Positions 37,403-47,496 are shown, numbered from the stretch's first letter. The stretch: 64,000 nt of DNA from Thermodesulfobacteriota bacterium (GCA_035559815.1 DATMAT010000052.1:12219-76218); one strand, 5' to 3'. Made by a program: numbers and translations. The notes: generated by a model from the sequence alone, not told the origin.

Positions 37403-39343
37403 ATGGTCAGGGGCAAAAAAATCAATCTAAGCGGATTTGACCAGGATGCGGCGACCCTTGGTTCCATTTTAGAGGGTACGGCTACCGAGACAGGAGAACG
37501 CTTTTTTTCCGCCCTAGTGGAAAACCTGGCCAAGGCATTAAGAGTGCACGGAGCCTGGGTTACAGAGTACTTAGAGGAATCTCGCCGATTACGTGCTCTG
37601 GCCTTCTGGCTCGATGGGCAATTTGTACCTGATTATGAATACGACATATCCGGAACGCCTTGCGAGCCGGTCGTCGAAAACACCTGCTTAATCCATATAC
37701 CGGAGAAGGTTGTGGAGCTTTATCCCAAAGACCCGGACCTTCCCAAAGCCGGAGCGGTCAGCTACATGGGTTTTCCGCTTTTGGACATTGACGAGCGCGT
37801 CCTCGGACATTTAGCGGTCATCGACACACAGCCCATGCCGGAGGACCCAAAGGCCCTGGCCCTATTCCGCATCTTTGCCGCCCGTGCCGCTGCGGAATTG
37901 CAACGCCTTCGTGCCGAAGCAGAGGTAAGAAAGCGAGAAGAGGAACTGAAACAGTTAGTGAACAGCGCCATGGATGCGATTATTCAACTCGACCAGGACC
38001 TCAGAGTAACACTGGTGAACCCGGCCGCAGAAAAGATATTCAAATGCCCAAAAGACGAAATCCTTGGCCTGTTTTTTAAACGGTTTCTCGGGGATAAAGA
38101 CGTTGAAAAACTGGATAAGCTCATCAAGGAACTTAATGACCTTCCCGAAGCCCGACGTTATCTGTGGATTGCCGGCGGCCTTCAGGTCATATGTGCGGAG
38201 GGCGAACAATTCCAAGCCGAGGCTACGATCTCACAATTTGAGATGCAGAAAAAAATTTACTACACGCTAATACTCCGTAACGTCAACGAACGTATCCAGG
38301 CCGAGGAGAAGATTCGCTCGCTGACCGTGGAAACCGAATACCTGAAAGAGGAACTAAAGGCACTTCTCAACCTTGATGAGATTATCGGTCAAAGCGAACC
38401 GATGCTCCGAGTATTACAGGATGTAGCGCAAGTAGCGGACACAGGCTCCACAGTGCTAATTCTAGGTGAAACCGGCACTGGGAAAGAGCTTATCGCTAGG
38501 GCAATTCATTTTGCAAGCAGACGACGCGATAAACCCTTCATCAAGGTGAACTGTGCCGCCATCCCGGCCACGCTTATGGAGAGTGAATTCTTCGGCCACG
38601 AGCAGGGTGCATTCACCGGGGCCACCAAGAAAAGAGAAGGACGTTTTTCACTGGCAGACGGGGGAACAATATTCCTCGATGAGGTCGGTGAGCTTCCGCT
38701 TGACCTCCAAGTTAAGCTCCTACGCGTTTTGCAAGAGGGAGAATTCGAACCGGTGGGCAGCTCTCACACCAAAAAGGTTGATGTTAGAGTAATAGCAGCA
38801 ACCAATCGTGATTTACATAAGGCGGTGCAGAACGGGGATTTTAGGAAGGACCTTTATTATCGGCTGAACGTATTCCCTGTCGAGGTGCCTCCTCTTCGGG
38901 AGCGCGAAGACGATATCGTCTTGATTGCTTCCACCTTTGCTCAAAGATTCGCACGGAGAATGGGACGCACCATCGAACCCCTTTCTGACCGGGACATCAA
39001 ACGCTTGAAATCCTATAATTGGCCCGGAAATGTGCGTGAGCTGCAAAACGTAGTCGAGCGGGCAGTAATAACTTCCCAAGGCGGTCGGCTAAATCTAGAC
39101 CGTGCCCTGCCGGAAATAGATAAAGTTATTTCAACAACAACGACCGCTCTAGCGGAAGAGCAAACCGAACGAATTCGTACTATTCATGAAATCGAAGAAC
39201 TGGAAAGGCAGAACCTGATTCGTGCTCTGGAGGCAACCAATTGGCGTGTTTCCGGCGAGAACGGTGCAGCCAGATTGCTTGGCATGAATTCATCTACCCT
39301 AAGCTCGCGCATGAAGGCTCTTGGAATAAAACGGCCTAGATAG
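37403..39343 (+). CDS. Sigma-54-dependent Fis-family transcriptional activator with N-terminal GAF and PAS sensor domains
   Basis: 646 aa; [18 protein letters not shown]-terminus; full-length paralog of truncated gene at 33097-34002. Confidence 0.9.
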   Translation: MVRGKKINLSGFDQDAATLGSILEGTATETGERFFSALVENLAKALRVHGAWVTEYLEESRRLRALAFWLDGQFVPDYEYDISGTPCEPVVENTCLIHIPEKVVELYPKDPDLPKAGAVSYMGFPLLDIDERVLGHLAVIDTQPMPEDPKALALFRIFAARAAAELQRLRAEAEVRKREEELKQLVNSAMDAIIQLDQDLRVTLVNPAAEKIFKCPKDEILGLFFKRFLGDKDVEKLDKLIKELNDLPEARRYLWIAGGLQVICAEGEQFQAEATISQFEMQKKIYYTLILRNVNERIQAEEKIRSLTVETEYLKEELKALLNLDEIIGQSEPMLRVLQDVAQVADTGSTVLILGETGTGKELIARAIHFASRRRDKPFIKVNCAAIPATLMESEFFGHEQGAFTGATKKREGRFSLADGGTIFLDEVGELPLDLQVKLLRVLQEGEFEPVGSSHTKKVDVRVIAATNRDLHKAVQNGDFRKDLYYRLNVFPVEVPPLREREDDIVLIASTFAQRFARRMGRTIEPLSDRDIKRLKSYNWPGNVRELQNVVERAVITSQGGRLNLDRALPEIDKVISTTTTALAEEQTERIRTIHEIEELERQNLIRALEATNWRVSGENGAARLLGMNSSTLSSRMKALGIKRPR

Positions 39344-39374
39344 TCACAAGCTTTTAATCGCTTATATAAAATCT

Positions 39375-39485
39375 CGTGCTTCGAGAGGCCTGTCCTGAGT
39401 CTATCGAAGGGCTCAGCACGAACGGCTGTTTACTCAAGGTACACACAATTACCGATCACCCTGAGCCCGTCGAAGGGTGTAATTC
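39375..39485. repeat. Hairpin repeat family copies (CCTGAGTCTATCGAAGGGCTCAG; CACCCTGAGCCCGTCGAAGGGTG)
   Basis: Stem-loop complementarity checked by eye; family shared with 3795-4345 etc. Confidence 0.75.
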
Positions 39486-39587
39486 AAAATCCGATATCTT
39501 CCTTTTCACTCATTCTGTTTACCCCTCATTCTATTATTACTAACGGAGTTGTAAAATCCCGCAAATTCCCTCACGAAATCCCATGAT

Positions 39588-39603
39588 TTGCGAAATCTCG
39601 CAA
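39588..39603. promoter_or_regulatory. Near-palindromic operator/UAS TTGCGAAATCTCGCAA, about 70 bp upstream of a sigma-54 promoter
   Basis: One mismatch from perfect palindrome; perfect version TTGCGAGATCTCGCAA at 40596-40611. Confidence 0.5.
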
Positions 39604-39669
39604 TTTGCATCCAGCTATCATAAGTACCGTAACTCATCATATTCGTTAAATAAACTGTCTCGGTGGAAT

Positions 39670-39686
39670 TGGCATGATCTCTGCAA
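39670..39686 (+). promoter_or_regulatory. Sigma-54 promoter TGGCATGATCTCTGCAA
   Basis: GG 39671-72, GC 39683-84, 12-bp spacing; about 80 bp upstream of ATG 39764. Confidence 0.55.
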
Positions 39687-39763
39687 TTACCTTGTTGTAG
39701 CTGATGAGAACCGATTTAACTGAAGTTTTGTAAGGAGAGTTGGAAGGCTTTCAGGATTGAGCA

Positions 39764-40162
39764 ATGGAACCGGGAATGATAGCAGGCACAATCTCGACGA
39801 CCGTTTTTACCTTAAGCAACATCCCCATGTTGCTTAAAGCAGCAAGGACCCATAATCTGCGGTCCTACAGCTATACATATATCATCATGAATAACTTGGC
39901 CAACCTGATACATTGGCTTTATATATCAGCGATGCCTTTCGGGCCCATTTGGATTCTCCACGGGTTTTATACCGTATCGAGCGTATTGATTTTACTCTGG
40001 TATCTCCGCTATGAGAAAGGATATCAGGGCTTTTCCCTGGACATTAGAAAGGCGCTCGCCCTCCCTCATTTAAGAAGAACCAGTCGAGTTTCTTATATAA
40101 AATTTAAATTGCAAGGGTTTAATCTAATCAAAACGGACACGGCATCAGCAGGTCACCTCTAA
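39764..40162 (+). CDS. SemiSWEET-like (PQ-loop/MtN3 family) small 3-TM membrane protein; C-terminal about 45 aa of the track ORF runs into the repeat region and may not be real
   Basis: IAGTISTTVFTLSNIPMLLKAARTHNLRSYSYTYIIMNNLANLIHWLYI aligns with SemiSWEET TM1-TM3 (PQ replaced by PM). Confidence 0.45.
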   Translation: MEPGMIAGTISTTVFTLSNIPMLLKAARTHNLRSYSYTYIIMNNLANLIHWLYISAMPFGPIWILHGFYTVSSVLILLWYLRYEKGYQGFSLDIRKALALPHLRRTSRVSYIKFKLQGFNLIKTDTASAGHL

Positions 40163-40169
40163 CAAGACG

Positions 40170-40480
40170 ATTTCACTTTTCCAAATGCCCAGTCGAAGGA
40201 CAACCTATCTCATCCTTCGACCCTGCTCAGAGCCTGTCCTGAGTACAACGAAGGAATGAGCGGATTCACATCCGATATAATAAAACCGCTAAAAAATATA
40301 AAAAAACGTTCACCCTGAGCCTTTCATTACATTCAGAGCTTGTCCTGAATAGAGCGAAGAAATAGACTCTGCGAAGAGTCAATGCACGTTTTTCTGTCAT
40401 CCTGAGCGGCAGTGAAGGATCTAGATTCTTCGCCGCTTAGTACACCCTGAGCCAGCCGAAGGGCGGCTCAGAATGACAAA
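40170..40480. repeat. Dense array of hairpin repeat-family modules (GTCCTGAGTACAACGAAGG, GTCATCCTGAGCGGCAGTGAAGGATCTAGATTCTTCGCC, CACCCTGAGCCAGCCGAAGGGCGGCTCAGAATG)
   Basis: 40375-40445 about 85% identical to 4095-4165. Confidence 0.8.
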
Positions 40481-40574
40481 TGACAGTGGCAGATATTCAC
40501 TGGTGAACAGAAAAAAGTCATGTGAAGGATTCAATTACATCTCAGACTGTTCGCGTGTCTTATTATCCCCATTT

Positions 40575-40628
40575 ATGAAATCTCGATAATTTAATTTGCG
40601 AGATCTCGCAAATTGCGAAATCTCACAA
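40575..40628. promoter_or_regulatory. Perfect 16-bp palindrome TTGCGAGATCTCGCAA (40596-40611) flanked by partial copies (GAAATCTCGATAAT; ATTGCGAAATCTCACAA): candidate enhancer/UAS
   Basis: Read directly; about 90 bp upstream of sigma-54 promoter at 40697. Confidence 0.55.
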
Positions 40629-40696
40629 ATCTTTCCTGCACCCTAAATTTGACGTAATCATTTACAATCATTAAATATTTATGAATAAGGTAAACA

Positions 40697-40712
40697 TGGC
40701 ACGCAACATGCA
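40697..40712 (+). promoter_or_regulatory. Sigma-54 promoter TGGCACGCAACATGCA
   Basis: GG 40698-99, GC 40710-11, 12-bp spacing; 55 bp upstream of osmC-like ATG. Confidence 0.55.
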
Positions 40713-40767
40713 CTTATATATCAATAGTTCTTGACAACAAAAAATTCAAAAAAGGAGGTAAAGTAAA

Positions 40768-41355
40768 ATGTCAGAACAAGCAACAGCAAGCAAGGTGGAA
40801 GAAGTTGTTTTAAATGGTGTTAACGTCAGTAAGCTCGTAGACACCATAGAGCTAATCAAGGAGAATGCGGAGGTGGCCAAGTTTAAATTCCGCGCCTCCA
40901 ATAAATGGCTAATCGGAGGACACAACCGGTCGACCATTAAAGATTTTTACGGCGCTGGCCAGGAGGATACCTCAAGAGAGAAACCATTCGTTTTTGACAA
41001 CGATGAGCCTCCCGTCCTTCTGGGAGAGAATAACGGAGCAAACCCGGTGGAGTTTATACTTCATGCTATGGCCGGCTGCATAACCACCACTTTTGTGTAC
41101 TACGCTGCGGTTCATGGTGTTAAGATAGACGAGATCGAATCCTCCTATGAAGGCGACCTCGACCTCCGTGGAATGCTCGGGCTGCCTGGTCGGACAGAGG
41201 TTGGCTATGAGCGAATCCGGGTGAAATTCAAAGTTAAATCGGATGCGCCGAGGGAGAAGCTGGAAGAACTTATCGACCTGGCCCAGAAGAGATCGCCGGC
41301 TGCAAATAGCGTGATGAATCCCGTCCCCGTCTCGATTAGCCTAGAGACATCGTAA
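40768..41355 (+). CDS. OsmC/Ohr family peroxiredoxin-like protein
   Basis: 195 aa; GANPVEFILHAMAGCITTTF and second conserved Cys context typical of OsmC; RBS AAGGAGG. Confidence 0.75.
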   Translation: MSEQATASKVEEVVLNGVNVSKLVDTIELIKENAEVAKFKFRASNKWLIGGHNRSTIKDFYGAGQEDTSREKPFVFDNDEPPVLLGENNGANPVEFILHAMAGCITTTFVYYAAVHGVKIDEIESSYEGDLDLRGMLGLPGRTEVGYERIRVKFKVKSDAPREKLEELIDLAQKRSPAANSVMNPVPVSISLETS

Positions 41356-41448
41356 AATAAAAACGGCATGCTATATAAGGGCTAACACCCGACCTACAGC
41401 ATGCCTTTATCATAGCCCATAATTTGTATATTAAGGAGGATTAGAAAG

Positions 41449-42234
41449 ATGGCAGTCAAATGTCCTGTAGGATTTGATGTAATCCGCTTACGTGAGTTGG
41501 TACATGAAACATATGACCGGGTAGCCCACGAGCCCCAGGGCGACTTTCACTTTCACCGTGGTCTGGATTATGCCGTCGAGTTCCTTAATTACGATAGAAA
41601 GGAACTTGAATCGTTACCCGTAGAGTGTACAGCCCGCTTTGCCGGTGTTGGCAACCCGCATCGCATTGGCAGGATCCAGCCCGGAGAGACCGTCCTTGAC
41701 CACGCCTGTGGCGCCGGTATGGACCTACTTCTTGCAGCAAAAAAGGTAGGGCCCAATGGCAAGGCTATCGGTGTAGATATGACCAAGGCTATGCGTGACT
41801 ATGCCAAAGCTTCCGCCGAGAAAGCAGGGCTTTCACACATTGTGGATATACGTGAGGGATTCATGGAGGAATTGCCGGTCGAAGATGAAAGTGTTGACGT
41901 AGTCATCTCTAACGGAGTCGTCAACCTCTCACCGGATAAGGAAAAGGTGTTCAAAGAAATCGTCCGTGTGCTCAAACCCGGAGGGCGCTTATTCCTGGCA
42001 GACGTGGTGGTGCAGAGGGAGCTAAAGCTCGATGCACGCAGCAGCCCTGAGTTATGGGCAGCATGTATTGGGGGTTCACTCCCGGAACCGGAACTATTCG
42101 AAATAAGCTCGGCTGTCGGTTTGTCTGATGGAAAGATTCTGGAACGTTTTGATTGCTTCAAAAATACCTCTGCCGAGGTTAAGGTGTCTAAGGACCTGTA
42201 TGTTCAGGCAGTTAACTTCTTTGCCAGGAAGTGA
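41449..42234 (+). CDS. ArsM/UbiE-like class I SAM-dependent methyltransferase (two of the three ArsM catalytic cysteines not conserved)
   Basis: VLDHACGAGMD, VISNGVVNLSPDKEKVFKEIVRVLKPGG, AACIGGS align to ArsM (SNCVINL, GECLGG) but YYGCG becomes RFAGVG and NCV becomes NGV. Confidence 0.65.
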   Translation: MAVKCPVGFDVIRLRELVHETYDRVAHEPQGDFHFHRGLDYAVEFLNYDRKELESLPVECTARFAGVGNPHRIGRIQPGETVLDHACGAGMDLLLAAKKVGPNGKAIGVDMTKAMRDYAKASAEKAGLSHIVDIREGFMEELPVEDESVDVVISNGVVNLSPDKEKVFKEIVRVLKPGGRLFLADVVVQRELKLDARSSPELWAACIGGSLPEPELFEISSAVGLSDGKILERFDCFKNTSAEVKVSKDLYVQAVNFFARK

Positions 42235-42287
42235 AGCGGGAATCCACAAGAAAAAATAAGGCTTAGAAGCAGTTAACAAAATTATTA

Positions 42288-43058
42288 TTAGGTTAGACCT
42301 AATAGTAAGACACCCAAACCGATCAAAATAATGCCAAGCGGTTTACTGAACCGACGGCCCCATGATGTGTTCTTCTCTATTGCCATTACTATAGCCAATA
42401 TAAACATCCAGCCGAGACTGCCGAAACCTACGACAAACATGAGGAGCATGAGGGCCCAACAGCAACCAACGCAGAAAACACCGTGATCCACACCTAGACG
42501 AAACGAATTCCATTTTTCGTTGCGTCCCTGCCAATGCTCTATAACAAAGCTGAAAGGAGACCTGCACTTGTCGAGACATCTATATTTTAGTGACGTAAAC
42601 TGAAAAGCACCGGCGAGAATCAGCAGGAAGGGAGCGCCAGCCAGTTCTTGATGTCCGAGCCATGGTATATTACCCAATACCCAGTGCAATAACTGATATC
42701 CGAGGTAGATCAATATGCCAAAGAGAACCCAGATTATTAAGTAGCCAATTATTACCAGTGCCACTAATAGCAGGCGGTCAGGCCTACTACCCGCAAGTGT
42801 ATGGAATGTGGCAATTACCGGAAGACTCGTGGGCAGCATCATGGCTACTGTCATAACCGTCCAGCCTAATACGAACAGCAGGATAAATGAGCTCGATGAG
42901 TGGATATGATGACCTAAATTATGGGTATGAAATAAGCTGTTAACCGAGTCCTCGGTGAGCCAAAGAGCTATCCAAGCACCCAAAACGAGTATTAAAATCG
43001 AAAAAAACAATGCCGTGCGCTCGACAGCAGGAGGGACCGAGCTTCTGAACATTGACAT
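42288..43058 (-). CDS. DUF2182-family predicted metal-binding integral membrane protein
   Basis: 256 aa, about 6 TM, His-rich loop HTHNLGHHIH, CVGCC motif; classic partner of DUF1326. Confidence 0.55.
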   Translation of the reverse strand: MSMFRSSVPPAVERTALFFSILILVLGAWIALWLTEDSVNSLFHTHNLGHHIHSSSSFILLFVLGWTVMTVAMMLPTSLPVIATFHTLAGSRPDRLLLVALVIIGYLIIWVLFGILIYLGYQLLHWVLGNIPWLGHQELAGAPFLLILAGAFQFTSLKYRCLDKCRSPFSFVIEHWQGRNEKWNSFRLGVDHGVFCVGCCWALMLLMFVVGFGSLGWMFILAIVMAIEKNTSWGRRFSKPLGIILIGLGVLLLGLT

Positions 43059-43124
43059 TTAATATTAACCCCACAAGATATGATCAGCAGTGTATTTCAT
43101 TTACACATGCTAGCTTAGGAACGC

Positions 43125-43175
43125 ATATGCTTCGACCGAGTCTATCCTGGGGAAGTCGAAGGGCTCAGTACAAGT
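43125..43175. repeat. Hairpin repeat-family copy (CTATCCTGGGGAAGTCGAAGGGCTCAG)
   Basis: Matches 39390-39415 module. Confidence 0.6.
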
Positions 43176-43268
43176 ATGAGTTCCCTACAATTTCATGGTG
43201 TTTATTACCTGATTAGACGCCTAAGCCATCAGGAAGATTTGAGTATCTCCAGATGACTGTAAGCTCGG

Positions 43269-43880
43269 TTAAGCTTTAAAACGAAAAGAACCGGATACTG
43301 CGTTGTGGCCTTTTAGGTCAATATCGAATCCAGGGACTTTGGCTCTATAATTCGATGCCTTGCCCACATATGCAGGAGAACCAGGAATTGTGGTAAAAAT
43401 GGTATCGTGAATCGCCGACTCTTTTCCCGTTAAGCCTTTAAACGGAGCTAGCGAGGCTTCAATTCCATCCCCAACTTTAATAGTTCCGCTAGCACCCTTG
43501 ATATCAAATGTTATCGGGACCTTTTCCACCGATACAATTTCTCCCACGAGCTTAGCCATATCGGCAATAGGTCCACCAAGCTTTCCAGACCAAACGTTCA
43601 AGAGCGCTTCTTTCTGTTTATCCGTCGCATTCTGGTCAATATAGACACGTACAGACCAATTCCCTTTAAGGATGTTACCGGGAATGTGGCATAGCATTAC
43701 AATGGAACGTCCCGAGACGTCCACCCCTTCAACATTTCCTTTATCCACATGCCATCCCAGCAAACCGTCACAGTAATCTAGGTCCGGGTCTTCTCCTACC
43801 CAGCATGGGCAGAGGATATTGCAGGTACATACTTCTAAAAGCCGACCTTCAACTTCATACGCCATTTCAGCCCTCCTCAT
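43269..43880 (-). CDS. DUF1326-family protein (CxCxxxCPC N-terminal motif)
   Basis: 203 aa; EVCTCNILCPCW motif typical of DUF1326; adjacent DUF2182 gene. Confidence 0.6.
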   Translation of the reverse strand: MRRAEMAYEVEGRLLEVCTCNILCPCWVGEDPDLDYCDGLLGWHVDKGNVEGVDVSGRSIVMLCHIPGNILKGNWSVRVYIDQNATDKQKEALLNVWSGKLGGPIADMAKLVGEIVSVEKVPITFDIKGASGTIKVGDGIEASLAPFKGLTGKESAIHDTIFTTIPGSPAYVGKASNYRAKVPGFDIDLKGHNAVSGSFRFKA

Positions 43881-44075
43881 TAGTTAGATTGAGTCAACTT
43901 TCGGCTCTACTGCAAAAGGGTGAGTTTACTACCGATAATCCTTATAGCAAAATTGCCTATTTTTGTCAATAAGAGTTAAATATACCTAAAAGGTATCGAT
44001 TAAATCTTGGGGGCAATTAATTTATTCACTATAAACTGGTATAATGACCATAAACCCAAATAACCGTGATAGGTA

Positions 44076-44555
44076 ATGCAAGTCACGCTTAAATTTCTCT
44101 ACCTTCTCTCCCTAATCTTCTGGATAGGGAGCATATTTTTCTTTTCGCTGATTACTGCGCCCAGCATTTTCAAAGTCCTACCCCGTAACTTAGCCGGAGA
44201 CCTAGTTTCGGATATCTTCCCCAAATACTATCTCATAGCCTACATATGCGGCGGAATCGCTCTTATCACCTCGTGCATCTTATGGTTTAAAGAAAAACCT
44301 GGGGTTTCACCGTTGTTAAAAATCGTTATTCTTCTCATAATGCTCGGTCTGGCCGTTTATGCCGGTGGAGTAATAAGACCACAGGCACTGGAAGCCCGCA
44401 CGGAGATGAAAAGCTTGGCTGAAGATTCCCCGAGGTACTTGGAAGTGCATGACCGGTTTCAAAAGCTCCATAAACGATCGGTCATTATGAACTCGGCCGT
44501 ATTCTTGATGGGAATTGCTATTGTTCTTATTACCGCATATACTTATAGGGAATAA
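44076..44555 (+). CDS. DUF4149 (TMEM205-like) 4-TM membrane protein
   Basis: 159 aa, 4 predicted TM helices, IFWIGSIFFFSLITAP motif; TGgTATAAT extended -10 at 44038-44046. Confidence 0.45.
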   Translation: MQVTLKFLYLLSLIFWIGSIFFFSLITAPSIFKVLPRNLAGDLVSDIFPKYYLIAYICGGIALITSCILWFKEKPGVSPLLKIVILLIMLGLAVYAGGVIRPQALEARTEMKSLAEDSPRYLEVHDRFQKLHKRSVIMNSAVFLMGIAIVLITAYTYRE

Positions 44556-44589
44556 AAAAGCTTTCGTAGAGAAGGAGGTAGTCAAAAAT

Positions 44590-44913
44590 ATGTTTGAGGT
44601 TACTACAAAAGCTGCCGGTGAGATCAAGAGGCTATTACAGGGTGAAGACATACCCAATGCCGTGCTTAGAGTTCGGGTTGTCCCCGGTGGATGCTCCGGA
44701 TTTTCATATGAGATGGGCTTTGACGATATGACAGAAGACACGGATAAGGTTTTCGAAGTAGATGGTATAAAGGTGGCAATAGATGAATTTAGTTTTCCTT
44801 ACCTCCAGGGAGCCAGGCTTGATTACTCCGACGGTCTTAGCGGCACCGGTTTTAAAATTGACAACCCTAATGCCAAGGGTTCCTGCGGCTGCGGCTCATC
44901 GTTTACGGTTTAA
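44590..44913 (+). CDS. erpA: Iron-sulfur cluster insertion protein (HesB/IscA/ErpA family)
   Basis: 108 aa from ATG 44590 (RBS GAAGGAGG); C-terminal GSCGCGSSF motif. Confidence 0.85.
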   Translation: MFEVTTKAAGEIKRLLQGEDIPNAVLRVRVVPGGCSGFSYEMGFDDMTEDTDKVFEVDGIKVAIDEFSFPYLQGARLDYSDGLSGTGFKIDNPNAKGSCGCGSSFTV

Positions 44914-44936
44914 AAACAACCCTCCAAAATACAAAA

Positions 44937-44970
44937 GGGCTGGCTAACAGAGTAACGCCAGCCCTTTAAA
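44937..44970 (+). terminator. Stem-loop GGGCTGGC-N12-GCCAGCCC followed by T/A tract (possibly bidirectional)
   Basis: Complementarity checked by eye; 24 bp after erpA stop. Confidence 0.4.
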
Positions 44971-45125
44971 AATCAAAAATAAATCTCATTTATTTAGCCC
45001 CGTTAACAGAGTTCTCCACCTATTTCTTCTGCCCTTCAATACACCGCTAAAATCAATTAAAATCATAACTTTATTTGGCGCTATTCGATTTTATTTACTC
45101 AACCATCTAAAAGCATAAGGAGGTT

Positions 45126-46160
45126 ATGAATATGAAATTCGGAATAGGATACTACAGCTTGCAGTCACCGCCGCATGCCCCTAAAGAACATCGGCAATTG
45201 TATTCAGAGATGTTGGAAGAGATAAGTATTGCCGAAGAACTGGGATTTGACTCCGCCTGGCTTACCGAGCACCATTTCCTCGCCGATGGGTATTGCCCTT
45301 CCCTCATGGTAACGGCTGCGGCCATTGCCGCCCGTACCAAGAAAATTCGCATTGGTACGGGGGTATTGCTTCTGCCCCTGTACAATCCGGTTAAAGTAGC
45401 AGAAGATGCAGCGGTAGTGGACATTATATCAAACGGACGTTTGATTCTCGGCCTAGGACTGGGATACAGACAGGAGGAGTTTGATGCATTCGAAATCTCC
45501 CTGAAGCATCGTAAAGGACGGATGGAGGAAGGCATCGAGATACTAAGGAAAAGCTGGGCCGATGGAGGATTTAGCCACACAGGGAAACACTTTAAGATTA
45601 ATAACGTAAATGTGACTCCTAAGCCTGTTCAAAACCCGATTCCCATTTGGATAGGGGCTTATCAAGAACCGGCTATAAGGCGTGTTGCCCGCCTGGGTGT
45701 TCCACTTTACTTAGCCAGCGTCGGCACGATACCGTTTCTTCGAAGAGAACTGGACATGTTTCACAAAGCACTCAGAGAATTCGGACACGATCCGCAAAAA
45801 ATCGAACAGCCTCTCGTACGCGATGTCTATATTAGCACTAAGGGGGAAGAAAAAGCCTGGGAAGAGGTCAAAGAGCACGTTGCCTATATCTATAAAGGCT
45901 ATGCCGAGTGGGGGTCTATGGTGGACGCTAATGGAAATGCCCTTACCGATCCAAATGACCCTAAATTAGAGGAGGCGGTGAAGGAACAAGGAATATTCGG
46001 TACACCGGAAGAATGTGTCGATAAGATCAGGGCTTTTCAAAAGGCACTACCGACATTCAATCATCTGATATGCCGTTTTGAGTTTCCCGGAATAAGCCAT
46101 GAGCAGGTTATGACTTCCATGAAGCTTTTCACAGAACAGGTAATGCCCTATATAAAATAA
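45126..46160 (+). CDS. LLM-class (luciferase-like) flavin-dependent oxidoreductase
   Basis: 344 aa; TIM-barrel LLM motifs (FDSAWLTEHHF, RIGTGVLLLPLYNPVKVAEDAAVVD, GRLILGLGLGY). Confidence 0.85.
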   Translation: MNMKFGIGYYSLQSPPHAPKEHRQLYSEMLEEISIAEELGFDSAWLTEHHFLADGYCPSLMVTAAAIAARTKKIRIGTGVLLLPLYNPVKVAEDAAVVDIISNGRLILGLGLGYRQEEFDAFEISLKHRKGRMEEGIEILRKSWADGGFSHTGKHFKINNVNVTPKPVQNPIPIWIGAYQEPAIRRVARLGVPLYLASVGTIPFLRRELDMFHKALREFGHDPQKIEQPLVRDVYISTKGEEKAWEEVKEHVAYIYKGYAEWGSMVDANGNALTDPNDPKLEEAVKEQGIFGTPEECVDKIRAFQKALPTFNHLICRFEFPGISHEQVMTSMKLFTEQVMPYIK

Positions 46161-46208
46161 GCAATGTTATTTATTCACATACTGACGGGCCAAGATTATT
46201 ATGTCTTT

Positions 46209-46240
46209 CCCGCATGTTTTAAGCGGGAATCCATTTTTTA
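46209..46240 (+). terminator. Rho-independent terminator CCCGC-ATGTTTTAA-GCGGG + TTTTTT
   Basis: Stem 46209-13 / 46223-27, T-run 46234-39. Confidence 0.55.
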
Positions 46241-46349
46241 GGCTACTCGTGGATGCCCGACTAATACATTCGGGCATGACAAACAGGCAGAAGGGCTATC
46301 AAATCTTGAATAAAAGATGATTGATACGATCTAATTAACCTTTCTAAAA

Positions 46350-47270
46350 TTGAAATACCGAAAACTGGGAAGAACACATCTTTTAGTCTCTGAAATCGGC
46401 TTTGGCTCCTGGGGAATAAGCGGGCGGGGCTACGGGCAGACCGATGACACGGAATCTATCCGCACCCTACATAAAGCCTTAGACTTAGGAGTCAACTTTA
46501 TAGACACTGCCGATTCTTACGGTGACGGGCATAGCGAGGAGCTTATCGGTAAGGTTTTAAAGGAAAGGGGTGATAGGGAGACCATAATTGCCACCAAATT
46601 TGGATGGGATTTCTATGGAAGAGGCGGGATAAATAGCAATTTAAAAAGGGACTACATATTCTTCGCCGTAGAAGGGAGCTTGAAAAGACTGGGTAGAGAT
46701 TGGATAGACCTTTATCAGGTACATAATTCAAGGCCAGATGCAATAAAAGAGCATGATGTCTATGAAACACTAGAGAAGCTTAAAAAACAAGGGAAAATCA
46801 GGTTTTATGGAGTTTCCGCTTTTTACTTAAATGACGGTATCGAAGCGATAAAAACAGGGAACCCGGATACCATCCAGGTTGTTTACAACATCCTCAACCG
46901 GGAGGCGCGGCAAGAATTATTTCCGCTGGCCTTAAACTACAATATAGGAATCATCGCCCGGGAGCCTCTTGCCTCCGGGATCTTATCCGGCAAACACGAC
47001 GAGCATTCAGAGTTTCCCAAAAGCGACCATAGACGGGGGTGGAGTAAGAGCTTCTTAGAAGAAAGAGCCAGAAAAGTCAGTAAGTTAAAATTCCTTGAAA
47101 AAGAAGGGCGGTCATTAACCCAAGCCGCCATAAGGTTTACCCTTTACAATGAAGCGGTATCGGTTGTCATTCCCGGGGCAAAAACGGAAAGACAGGTAGA
47201 GGAGAACGTAAAAGCGGGGGAGGTTGAGCTTGAGGCGAGTGAACTAAAAAGGCTTGAGGAGCTTATCTAA
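46350..47270 (+). CDS. Aldo/keto reductase family oxidoreductase (TTG start)
   Basis: KYRKLGRTHLLVSEIGFGSW, DTADSYG, IIATKFG AKR signature motifs. Confidence 0.85.
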   Translation: MKYRKLGRTHLLVSEIGFGSWGISGRGYGQTDDTESIRTLHKALDLGVNFIDTADSYGDGHSEELIGKVLKERGDRETIIATKFGWDFYGRGGINSNLKRDYIFFAVEGSLKRLGRDWIDLYQVHNSRPDAIKEHDVYETLEKLKKQGKIRFYGVSAFYLNDGIEAIKTGNPDTIQVVYNILNREARQELFPLALNYNIGIIAREPLASGILSGKHDEHSEFPKSDHRRGWSKSFLEERARKVSKLKFLEKEGRSLTQAAIRFTLYNEAVSVVIPGAKTERQVEENVKAGEVELEASELKRLEELI

Positions 47271-47496
47271 AGTAATTTATCATGCCTGAATGCTAAGCGC
47301 CAAAAATTGATATCTGGACACGGTATTTTCCCCCGTACGGTAACCCATATATTTTATGTTATAATATCCACCCGCTAATGAACTAAATCCCTATTTCGAA
47401 CAACCCTTTTCTTTTTTCAGAGGAAAATACGATTATCATGACACCATTCATCTTGATCGCATCAGGCAAGACAAAAGCAGAAAGACGGAGGAGTGA

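Noticed and set aside
41449-42234. Calling this gene arsM (arsenite methyltransferase)
   Set aside because: Two of three conserved arsenite-binding cysteines are substituted in my manual alignment; kept as ArsM-like methyltransferase only.
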